DNA from: Coriobacteriales bacterium
Lineage (GTDB): Bacteria > Actinomycetota > Coriobacteriia > Coriobacteriales > CADBOM01
DNA: 64,000 nt
NCBI GenBank assembly: GCA_050946275.1
Contig: JBMNUM010000003.1
Location: 17,170-81,169 of the forward strand
Reading direction: 5' to 3'
Shown here: positions 9,791 to 18,109 of the stretch, in pieces
Layout: each line of letters opens with the position of its first letter
Position numbering within the stretch: the first letter of the stretch is position 1
Translations under genes and position numbers: made by a program
Notes under the pieces: generated by a model
What the model saw: only the letters and a program-made list of their open reading frames with translations
Told to the model about the DNA's origin: nothing
The model's database searches: none

Positions 9791-11869
9791 ATGGTTGCGA
9801 ACAACGAACAGAACGAGGCTCCGCAGGCACCCGTGCCCGTCGACTTGAACGAGGACGGCTACGCCACGCGCGCCGCCGTCTGGCGTATGGCGCTCGGCAT
9901 GCAGGAGCTCGTCGAGCTCGAGCGTTCCAGCGCACGCGAGCTGCCCTCGCGCGGCACCTCGACGTGGCTCGGAGAGCTGGCGGCCCAGCATGCCCATGGC
10001 GAGGTCGAGACCGGGGCGCTCCTCGACGCGGTCGAGCTCCACTACCTCGGCGAGACCGACGACGCCCGTCTGGTCGAGCGGCGTTCCGACATCCTCGTCA
10101 CCGGCATCGTGCTGCTCGTGCTCGGCGAACCCGGGAACCTCTCGGTGCGCTCGCTGGCGCATATCCACGAGACGCTCTTCGGCACTGGTTCGGCGGCCTT
10201 CCGCACGGCCGACATCGAGGAGCCCGAGCAGATCCTGGGCGGCAGGTCCGTCCAGTACATCCCGCATGGCATCATCGAGGACGTGGCGCATCATGAGCTC
10301 GCATCGTTCTCGCAGGTCCTCGAGCTGCCGGGCCTGCAGGGCCAGCGCAACCTCGGCCGTGCCATCGTGAAGCTGCTCGCCGGCTTGTGGCGCACCCGTC
10401 CATTCGGGCGCAATGACGCGCTCGTGCTCGCGGTGTTCCTCCTGCAGGTTCTCAAGCGGCATTCGATCCTCATCCAGCCCGATCCTCTCGCGCTGCACGC
10501 CCCGTATCTCCGCAACGCGCTCGTGCGGTCGTGCTACTCGAGCGTCGACCCCTGCGTCGGCGAGACGTTGCGCTTCCTCGAGCTCTTCTGCTCGAATCTG
10601 TTCGCCGGGGGAGCGTTTCCCCTGCGCGCCGACGAGACCATCTGTCACGAGCTCATGGACAAGTCGTTCGAGCTGCAATACGTCATCCACTCAGCCGACC
10701 GCGGCTTCTACCTGTTGAAGATCCACGACACGCCCCTGGCGACGATTCACTTCGAACCGCATCGCATGGGTGACATCACCATAGAGGGGATGGGTGTCGA
10801 GGGGAGCCAGGCGCACCTGTTGCCGCTGAATCTCATGGCGCGCTGCGACCAGATGGAGCTCGAGCGCTTCGTGAAGTCGCGCGTACTGGCGCGTGGTCGC
10901 GCCCACCGCGGCGACATTCTCGGCGCATATGGCATCTCGGGCGCGCGGACCTGGCCCATCGTGCATTTCTCCCATGGCGCGTGTGCCATGGATGCGTATT
11001 CGCTCGTCCGCAGCAACAACGGCGAGCCGTATCGCGGACACAGCCTCTTCGGCAACGAGCTCGACCCGACGCTCCAGCGCATCGCGCTCACCGGCGGGCT
11101 GCTCCGCGAGGAGGTGCGGCGCGTCGGCGTTCCCGGCGAGTTGACTAGCGGCGGCAAGGTGCCGAAGGCCTGGCGTGCCGATGGCGAGGGCGGGCTTGCG
11201 CTCTACAAGGCATCGCCCCGCTCGGGAGGGCATGGCCCGGGAACCGAGCACCTCGCCTCGCTGATCGCGCAGGCGATCGGGGCCGGCGGCGTGAGCTACG
11301 GTATGGGGGAGTGGCACGGCAAGACGTGCTCTACCTGCAAGGCTTTCACGTCCGGGGACATCTCGTTCACCCCATTCGGCCTGTGCATGGACCGCGATGC
11401 GCTCGGGTCGATGACGTTCCCCGCGGCGCTCGCGTTCTACGACGGTCTCGGCGAGCAGGCGGGGGAGGCGTTCCGCACGATCGTCGTCCTCGACTACCTG
11501 CTCGCGAATCCGGGGCGCGGCGTCACGGACCACGGTGTCATGCGCGACACGCATTCGGGGGAGATCCTGGGCACCGCCCCGGCGTTCGACTTCGAGGAGG
11601 CGCTCTTCTCCCGCGAGGAGGGGCTGCCCGGCGTCGAGGGCCTGCTCACCCGGGCATCGCGTCTCCCCGGCATGTTCCGCGGCAGCCTCGCCGAGCAGGC
11701 CGACCTGGCATGCGGCGATGCGCAGCGGGTTATCCTCGAGCGAGCGGCGACGCTCGATGCGGGCGACCTCGACGTGCACCTTCTCGAGGGGCACGACCCG
11801 ACGATGCTCGAGCGCCTCGAGGTGCTCGTCGCCTTCGTCCGCGCCCGAGCCGACCAGCTCCTCCGCTGA
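9791..11869 (+). CDS. large fusion protein with an N-terminal Fic/Fido-like region and a HipA-like (N and C) kinase-like region; both catalytic motifs are degenerate
   Basis: IHETLF...(72 aa)...RPFGRNDAL mimics the Fic spacing IHxxLF...HPFxxGNGR, but His is replaced by Arg. The C-terminal LDYLLANPGRGVTDHGVMRD...APAFDF mimics the HipA_C pattern DyLigNtDRHxxNxG...APxYD. The start could be 9770 or 9791. Confidence 0.6.
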   Translation: MVANNEQNEAPQAPVPVDLNEDGYATRAAVWRMALGMQELVELERSSARELPSRGTSTWLGELAAQHAHGEVETGALLDAVELHYLGETDDARLVERRSDILVTGIVLLVLGEPGNLSVRSLAHIHETLFGTGSAAFRTADIEEPEQILGGRSVQYIPHGIIEDVAHHELASFSQVLELPGLQGQRNLGRAIVKLLAGLWRTRPFGRNDALVLAVFLLQVLKRHSILIQPDPLALHAPYLRNALVRSCYSSVDPCVGETLRFLELFCSNLFAGGAFPLRADETICHELMDKSFELQYVIHSADRGFYLLKIHDTPLATIHFEPHRMGDITIEGMGVEGSQAHLLPLNLMARCDQMELERFVKSRVLARGRAHRGDILGAYGISGARTWPIVHFSHGACAMDAYSLVRSNNGEPYRGHSLFGNELDPTLQRIALTGGLLREEVRRVGVPGELTSGGKVPKAWRADGEGGLALYKASPRSGGHGPGTEHLASLIAQAIGAGGVSYGMGEWHGKTCSTCKAFTSGDISFTPFGLCMDRDALGSMTFPAALAFYDGLGEQAGEAFRTIVVLDYLLANPGRGVTDHGVMRDTHSGEILGTAPAFDFEEALFSREEGLPGVEGLLTRASRLPGMFRGSLAEQADLACGDAQRVILERAATLDAGDLDVHLLEGHDPTMLERLEVLVAFVRARADQLLR

Positions 11870-11969
11870 CCTGTCAAACAAGGCGGGACTGTTTGACGGG
11901 TCAGGTCGGCGTTGCGCGGTTGCGTTAAGATATTGATGCAATCTCAACCCAGACAGTGAGGAGCAACCA

Positions 11970-12485
11970 ATGGACCAGCATGTGTACGATCTGATCAACG
12001 ACCAGATCAACAAGGAGCTCTACTCCGCGTACCTGTACCTGTCGTTCGCGGACTATTACGAGGATGAGGGCCTGTCCGGCTTCGCCAACTGGTACTTCAT
12101 CCAGGCGCAGGAGGAGCGCGACCATGCGCTGATCTTCCGCAACTACCTGCTCGACAACGACTGCAAGATCCAGCTCAAGGCCATCGACCAGCCGGACAAG
12201 ACCTTCACCGACCATCTGCAGCCCCTCGAGGCCGCGCTCGAGCACGAGAAGTACGTCACGTCGCTCATCAACGGCATCTATGCGGCAGCCGACGAGGTGA
12301 AGGACTACCGCACCATGAAGTTCCTCGATTGGTTTATCGACGAGCAGCTCGAGGAGGAGGCCAACGCGACGGAGCTCATCACGAAGATGAAGCTGTTCGG
12401 CTCCGATGCCAAGGCGCTCTACGACCTCGACCGCGAGTACGCCGCGCGCAGCTACTCGACCCCGTCCCCGCTCGCGCAAGCCTAG
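11970..12485 (+). CDS. ftnA: ferritin (non-haem, Ftn type)
   Basis: 171 aa. The ferroxidase-centre residues fit the pattern ELYSAYLYLSF...QAQEERDHA...LEHEKYVT...FLDWFIDEQLEEE. Confidence 0.9.
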   Translation: MDQHVYDLINDQINKELYSAYLYLSFADYYEDEGLSGFANWYFIQAQEERDHALIFRNYLLDNDCKIQLKAIDQPDKTFTDHLQPLEAALEHEKYVTSLINGIYAAADEVKDYRTMKFLDWFIDEQLEEEANATELITKMKLFGSDAKALYDLDREYAARSYSTPSPLAQA

Positions 12486-12551
12486 GAGACGCGACGACGA
12501 CGGTCACCGTGACCGTCACGTGTGACGGGCGTTCAAGCCCGCATCGACCAT

Positions 12552-12594
12552 GGCGGCTCACCCCGTTCAAACGGGATGAGCCGCCACTCATTTT
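12552..12594 (+). terminator. Rho-independent terminator after ftnA
   Basis: A 14 bp GC-rich stem ggcggctcaccccg / cgggatgagccgcc with one mismatch is followed by actcatttt. Confidence 0.6.
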
Positions 12595-12762
12595 CCGTAT
12601 GAACGGATACTCGACCCTTTAATCTAGTATGGCCGTCCCAACTTATCTTAAAGCGGTAGTTTCAAAAGGCTCCTATTAGTTCTGTCATAATAAAACGAAT
12701 GCTCAATCTGAGCGTAAGAGGAGTTTGTACGGATTGGCAGGGATTGTAGGAATCAAGAGGAG

Positions 12763-13272
12763 ATGAGGATGGCAAAGCTGCAAGAAGCAGCGGTCGAGCA
12801 GATTACGGAAATCTGCAACCGCTACACCAATGAGAAAACGCCTCTCATGATGATCTTGAGCGATATCCAGAATGAGTATGGATATATCCCGCTCGAGGTC
12901 CAGGAGCTCGTTTCGGAGCTCACGGGCATTTCCGTGTCGGAGATCTACGGAGTGGTCACGTTCTACTCCTTCTTCTCCCTCGAGCCCAAGGGCAAGTACG
13001 TTGTCGGTTGCTGCATGGGCACCGCCTGCTACGTCAAGGGCGCCCAGCAAGTCATCGACAAGTTCGCCGAGATCCTGCAGGTCGAGCCGGGTGGAACCAC
13101 GGCCGACGGCCTGTTCACCCTCGACGCGCTCCGTTGCATCGGCGCCTGCGGCATCGCGCCCGCGGTCACCATCAGCGGCAGGGTGTTCCCGAAGGTGAAG
13201 GTCGATCAGGTCCAGACCATCGTCGCGACCCTGACCGAGGAAGCAGCCCAGGAAGGTGGTGCAGTGGCATGA
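12763..13272 (+). CDS. hydC: [FeFe]-hydrogenase gamma subunit, NuoE-like thioredoxin-fold [2Fe-2S] protein (HydC/HndA type)
   Basis: The Cys pattern CMGTACYVKG...CIGACGIAP matches the NuoE/24 kDa family. The alternative ATG at 12769 has better SD spacing. Confidence 0.88.
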   Translation: MRMAKLQEAAVEQITEICNRYTNEKTPLMMILSDIQNEYGYIPLEVQELVSELTGISVSEIYGVVTFYSFFSLEPKGKYVVGCCMGTACYVKGAQQVIDKFAEILQVEPGGTTADGLFTLDALRCIGACGIAPAVTISGRVFPKVKVDQVQTIVATLTEEAAQEGGAVA

Positions 13273-15152
13273 TCGATACCGTAGAGAAGCTTGATAGCAC
13301 GATTGCTAGTTGCACCGAGGCCCTCGAGGCCAAGATCAAGGGCACCGATGGCAAGCGCCACATCGTCCTGTGCGGCGGTACCGGCTGCCTGTCGTCCCGC
13401 TCCGCCGAGATCAAGGAGCGTTTCGACGTCATCCTTGAGCGCATGGGCGTTGCCGACAAATGCACCGTCAACCTGGTCGGTTGCTTCGGTTTCTGCTCGA
13501 TTGGCCCCTTCGTCAAGATTTATCCGGAGGATACCCTCTACCGTCTTGTGACCATCGAGGACGTCGAGGAGATCGTCGAGAAGGACATCATCGGCGGCGA
13601 GATCGTCGAGCGCCTGCTCTACGAGGATCCCGCGACGGGCGAGAAGGTCACCAAGCAGGATGACATCAACTTCTACAAGAAGCAGCGCCGCGTCGCGCTG
13701 CATGGCTGCGGCGTCATCAACCCCGAGGACATCAACGAGGCCCTCGGCATGGGTGCCTACCAGGGCCTGAAGCGCGCCCTGACCATGACCCAGCAGGAGG
13801 TCATCGACGAGATCCTCGCGTCCGGCCTGCGCGGCCGTGGCGGCGGCGGATTCCCGACCGGCCGCAAGTGGCAGTTCGCCTACAACGTGCAGAACGACAC
13901 CAAGTACGTCGTCTGCAACGGTGACGAGGGCGACCCCGGCGCGTTCATGGACCGCTCCATCCTCGAGGGCAACCCGCTTGCCGTCATCGAGGGCATGGTC
14001 ATCGCCGGTTACGCCATCGGCGCTCAGAACGGTTACTTCTACGTGCGCGCCGAGTACCCGATCGCGGTCAAGCGCCTCAAGATCGCCATCCAGCAGGCCC
14101 GCGAGATCGGCCTCCTCGGCGAGAACATCTTGGGTTCCGGCTTCAGCTTCGACTGCCACCTGCGCCTCGGCGCCGGCGCGTTCGTCTGCGGCGAGGAGAC
14201 GGCCCTGCTCAACTCCATCGAGGGCAAGCGCGGCCAACCGCGTCCGCGTCCGCCGTTCCCGGCCATCTCCGGTCTGTGGGGCAAGCCCACGATCGTCAAC
14301 AACGTCGAGTCCCTCGCCTGCGTCGCCTACATCATGCGCAACGGCGCGGAGGACTTCGCCTCCGTCGGCACCGAGCGCTCCAAGGGCACGAAGGTGTTCG
14401 CCCTGGGCGGCAAGGTCAACAACGTCGGCCTGGTCGAGGTTCCCATGGGCACCACGCTGCGCGAGCTGATCTACGACATCGGTGGCGGTATCCCGGATGG
14501 CAAGAAGTTCAAGGCCATCCAGACCGGCGGCCCCTCGGGCGGCTGCCTCACCGAGGAGTTCCTCGACGAGCCGATCGACTTCGACAACCTCGTCGCCAAG
14601 GGCTCGATGATGGGCTCCGGCGGTGCCATCGTCATGGACGAGGACAACTGCATGGTCGACGTCGCGAAGTTCTACATGGGCTTCATCTGCGACGAGTCCT
14701 GCGGTAAGTGCACCCCGTGCCGCATCGGCACGCAGCGCATGGTCGAGATCCTCACCCGCATCACCGAGGGCAAGGGCACGCTCAAGGACCTCGACGAGCT
14801 CGACGAGCTGTCCGACATCGTCAAGACCAACTCGCTGTGCGCGCTCGGCAAGACCGCGGCGAACCCGATCAACTCGACGCTCGCCCGCTTCCGCGACGAG
14901 TATCTCGCGCACATCGAGAGGCAGGAGTGCCCGGCGCACGTCTGCAAGAACCTCATGCAGTACGTCATCGACCCGGAGACCTGCATCGGTTGCGGCGTCT
15001 GCAACAGGTCGTGCCCGGCGAACTGCATCGTGAGGACCGATTACATCGCCGAGGGCCACAAGCTCGCGTCGATGGAGATCGACCAGAGCGCCTGCCTCAA
15101 GTGCGGCGCCTGCATCAGCACCTGCAAGTTCGGATCCATCTCGAAGCGATAG
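13269..15152 (+). CDS. hydB: [FeFe]-hydrogenase beta subunit, NuoF-like NAD(P)H/FMN-binding iron-sulfur protein (HydB/HndC type)
   Basis: GRGGGGFPTGRKW (FMN), CNGDEGDPGAF, ESCGKCTPCR (N3 cluster) and two C-terminal CxxCxxCxxxCP ferredoxin motifs are present. The ATG overlaps the hydC stop. Confidence 0.9.
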   Translation: MIDTVEKLDSTIASCTEALEAKIKGTDGKRHIVLCGGTGCLSSRSAEIKERFDVILERMGVADKCTVNLVGCFGFCSIGPFVKIYPEDTLYRLVTIEDVEEIVEKDIIGGEIVERLLYEDPATGEKVTKQDDINFYKKQRRVALHGCGVINPEDINEALGMGAYQGLKRALTMTQQEVIDEILASGLRGRGGGGFPTGRKWQFAYNVQNDTKYVVCNGDEGDPGAFMDRSILEGNPLAVIEGMVIAGYAIGAQNGYFYVRAEYPIAVKRLKIAIQQAREIGLLGENILGSGFSFDCHLRLGAGAFVCGEETALLNSIEGKRGQPRPRPPFPAISGLWGKPTIVNNVESLACVAYIMRNGAEDFASVGTERSKGTKVFALGGKVNNVGLVEVPMGTTLRELIYDIGGGIPDGKKFKAIQTGGPSGGCLTEEFLDEPIDFDNLVAKGSMMGSGGAIVMDEDNCMVDVAKFYMGFICDESCGKCTPCRIGTQRMVEILTRITEGKGTLKDLDELDELSDIVKTNSLCALGKTAANPINSTLARFRDEYLAHIERQECPAHVCKNLMQYVIDPETCIGCGVCNRSCPANCIVRTDYIAEGHKLASMEIDQSACLKCGACISTCKFGSISKR

Positions 15153-15165
15153 GAGGGAGGGCGTT

Positions 15166-16947
15166 ATGTCAATGGTCAACATCAAGATCGAGGGAATTCC
15201 CTATCAGGTTGAGGAAGGACTGACGATCCTCGAGGCCGCCAAGCAGTGCGGTTACGTCATCCCCTCGCTTTGCGCGTTCAACCATGGCGAGTGCAACCGC
15301 GGTTCGTGCCGCGTCTGCCTCGTCGAGGCCACCGGCGCCCGCGGCCTCGTCGCCGCCTGCGTCTACCCGGTGAACGAGGGCATGGAGATCACCATCTCGT
15401 CTCTCGTCGCCACGACGGCCCGCCGCCGCAGCGTCGAGCTGCTGCTGTCGGACCACAACCCGCATTGCCAGCAGTGCCGCAAGAACGGTTTCTGCGAGCT
15501 CCTGCACGTCGCGCGCCTCACCGGCGTCCGCGTCGAGGCTTTCCAGGGCGAGCAGTCGCCGAACTACGTCGACACCGAGGCCCCCGCGCTCATGCGTGAC
15601 ACGTCGAAGTGCATCAAGTGCGGCCGCTGCGTCGCCCGTTGCGCCAACGCTCACGGCAAGGGCATCCTCGGCTTCGAGAACCGCGGCTTCCAGACGATCG
15701 TCGCGCCTGCCGAGAATCGTAGCTTCGCCAAGTCGCCCTGCATCCAGTGCGGCCAGTGCGTCAGCGTCTGCCCGACCGGCGCCCTCATGGAGCGCACGCA
15801 GATCCCGAGGATCGACAAGGCGATGCAGGCCGGCAAGCATGTGGTCATCCAGGCCGCTCCGGCCGTCCGCGCCGCCATCGGCGAGGAGTTCGGCTACAAG
15901 ATCGGCACGCCGTGCACCGGCAAGATGATCGCCGCGATGCGCCGCCTCGGCTTCGAGCGCGTCTACGATGTCAACTTCGGCGCCGACCTGACGATCATGG
16001 AAGAGGGCACCGAGCTGCTCGGCCGTATCCAGAACGGCGGCACGCTGCCCATGATCACCTCCTGCTCGCCTGGCTGGATCAACTACGCCGAGTACAACTA
16101 CGGTGACCTGCTCGACCACCTGTCGAGCTGCAAGTCGCCGCACGAGATGCAGGGTGCGATCATCAAGTCCTACTGGGCAGAGCAGATGGGCTATGACCCC
16201 GAGGATGTCTTCGTCGTGTCCGTCATGCCCTGCATTGCCAAGAAGGACGAGCGCCAGCGCGATCAGCTGAAGAACGCCGCTGGCCTGCCCGATGTCGATG
16301 CCGTCATCACCACGCGCGAGCTCGCTCACATGATCACGCGCGCCGGTATCATCTTCGACCGCCTGCCGGACGAGGAGTGGGACCAGGACATCATGGGCGA
16401 GTACTCGGGCGCCGGCGTCATCTTCGGCGTCACGGGTGGCGTCATGGAGGCTGCGCTCCGCACGGTCTACTACAAGCTGACCGGCAAGGAGTACGACTGG
16501 ATCGTCTTCAAGGATGTCCGCGGCCACGATGCCGGCATCCGCGAGGCCTCGATCGATATCGACGGCACCACGGTCAACGTCGCGGTGGCTTCCGGCATGA
16601 AGTCCGCCAAGGTGCTCCTCGACGAGATCCGCGAGGGCAAGTCGAAGTACCACTTCATCGAGATCATGGGCTGCCCGGGCGGCTGCATCAACGGCGGCGG
16701 CCAGCCGTACGTCAAGCCGTGCTTCCTCCCGAACGAGGACGACGACATCCTCGACACCTACAAGGAGAAGCGCGCCAAGGCCCTGTACAGCGAGGACGAG
16801 CGCCAGGTCGTGCGCCAGTCGCACAACAACCCGCAGATCATCGAGCTCTACGAGAAGTACCTCGGCGAGCCGAACTCGCACAAGGCCCACGAGCTGCTGC
16901 ACACCACGTATGCGGCGCGCGAGCAGTATCCGGCGCTTGTCGACTAA
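15166..16947 (+). CDS. hydA: [FeFe]-hydrogenase catalytic subunit with M3-type N-terminal FeS domains
   Basis: H-cluster motifs L2 MPCIAKKDE and L3 EIMGCPGGCINGGGQP are canonical. L1 reads TSCSPGW, a deviation from TSCCPxW. An N-terminal 2Fe-2S domain and 4Fe-4S ferredoxin domains are present. Confidence 0.92.
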   Translation: MSMVNIKIEGIPYQVEEGLTILEAAKQCGYVIPSLCAFNHGECNRGSCRVCLVEATGARGLVAACVYPVNEGMEITISSLVATTARRRSVELLLSDHNPHCQQCRKNGFCELLHVARLTGVRVEAFQGEQSPNYVDTEAPALMRDTSKCIKCGRCVARCANAHGKGILGFENRGFQTIVAPAENRSFAKSPCIQCGQCVSVCPTGALMERTQIPRIDKAMQAGKHVVIQAAPAVRAAIGEEFGYKIGTPCTGKMIAAMRRLGFERVYDVNFGADLTIMEEGTELLGRIQNGGTLPMITSCSPGWINYAEYNYGDLLDHLSSCKSPHEMQGAIIKSYWAEQMGYDPEDVFVVSVMPCIAKKDERQRDQLKNAAGLPDVDAVITTRELAHMITRAGIIFDRLPDEEWDQDIMGEYSGAGVIFGVTGGVMEAALRTVYYKLTGKEYDWIVFKDVRGHDAGIREASIDIDGTTVNVAVASGMKSAKVLLDEIREGKSKYHFIEIMGCPGGCINGGGQPYVKPCFLPNEDDDILDTYKEKRAKALYSEDERQVVRQSHNNPQIIELYEKYLGEPNSHKAHELLHTTYAAREQYPALVD

Positions 16948-16975
16948 GGCGTCATAGGCATACAACGCACGCGAG

Positions 16976-17012
16976 AGCGGCGGCGGGCATCAAGCCCGCC
17001 GCCGCTTGCATT
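16976..17012 (+). terminator. GC-rich hairpin after hydA (probable terminator)
   Basis: agcggcggcgggc-atcaa-gcccgccgccgct is followed by tgcattg, which is only a weak U-tract. Confidence 0.5.
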
Positions 17013-17014
17013 GT

Positions 17015-17083
17015 GCGTGTCAAATGGACAGGTCGTTTGACACGGTGCCTGTCACGCAATCGACCCGGTCACTTTCGTGACAG
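17015..17083. repeat. nested-palindrome repeat family C (left arm plus core)
   Basis: cgtgtcaaatggacaggtcgtttgacacg plus ctgtcacg...cgtgacag. This closely matches the left two-thirds of the element at 51022-51128. Confidence 0.8.
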
Positions 17084-17272
17084 AAACCGTCCCATTATGG
17101 GACAAGAGGGGACTGGCTCCAACTGTTCCACCTGCTGTTTCACCAGTCTGCACGACTCTAGTTGCTTAATGTAAACATTAGGTTTCGAAATACGCCGTTT
17201 CATTGCACGGGCACTCCAATTGGAGGATACTTTTACTGTATGTGCTGAAAGAGGAAGCGGGGAAAATCTACA

Positions 17273-18109
17273 ATGCACGAGATTCTTGAGAAGACCCAAT
17301 TCTCGGAGAAGGTCTTCATGTTCAGGGTGCATGCGCCCAAGCTCGCCAAGCATGCGCACGCGGGGCAATTCCTCATCGTGCGCGTGAACGAGACGGGCGA
17401 GCGCGTGCCGTTCACGTTTGCAAACTGGAACCCGGAAGAGGGCTGGATCGAGTTCATCTTCATGAAGATCGGCAAGACGACCACGATGCTGTCGGAGCTC
17501 GAGCCGGGCGACCACATTCTCAACATCGCGGGCCCGCTGGGCAATCCGACCGACCTCTCGGGAGACAACTGGTGCGTCCTCGGCGGCGGCGTCGGCCTGG
17601 CGATCGCCTATCCGATTGCACGCCAGCTGTGCGAGCAGGGCAAGAAGGTCCACGTCATCATGGGCGCCCGCACGAAGGACCTGCTCCTGCTGGTCCCGCA
17701 GTTCGAGGAGCTGCCCCTAGCCGGCCTCCACATCACGACCGATGACGGCTCCTGCGGCGAGCAGGGCGTCGTCACGGCGCCGCTCGAGCGTCTGGCCGAC
17801 GAGGGCAAGATCGAGCGCGCGGTCGCCATCGGCCCCGTGCCCATGATGAAGTTCTCGTCTCTCACGTGCGAGAAGAAGGGCGTGCCGATCACCTGCTCGC
17901 TCAACCCGATCATGGTCGACGGTACCGGTATGTGCGGCTGCTGCCGCGTCGAGGTCGACGGGCAGACGAAGTTCGCCTGCGTCGACGGCCCCGAGTTCGA
18001 TGGAACGAAGGTCAACTGGGATGACCTGCGCAGGAGGCAGGCCGCCTATCGCGACGAGGAGGCCGTCTCTCTCGAGGCTTTCAAGGAGGGAGGCTGCAAA
18101 TGTCACTAG
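17273..18109 (+). CDS. nfnA: NfnA-type ferredoxin-NADP+ reductase small subunit (sulfide dehydrogenase SudB / PyrK-like FAD and 2Fe-2S protein)
   Basis: 278 aa with an FNR-like fold (RVPFTF, GGGVGLA) and the C-terminal cluster GTGMCGCCRVEVDG...FACVDGPEF. Confidence 0.82.
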   Translation: MHEILEKTQFSEKVFMFRVHAPKLAKHAHAGQFLIVRVNETGERVPFTFANWNPEEGWIEFIFMKIGKTTTMLSELEPGDHILNIAGPLGNPTDLSGDNWCVLGGGVGLAIAYPIARQLCEQGKKVHVIMGARTKDLLLLVPQFEELPLAGLHITTDDGSCGEQGVVTAPLERLADEGKIERAVAIGPVPMMKFSSLTCEKKGVPITCSLNPIMVDGTGMCGCCRVEVDGQTKFACVDGPEFDGTKVNWDDLRRRQAAYRDEEAVSLEAFKEGGCKCH

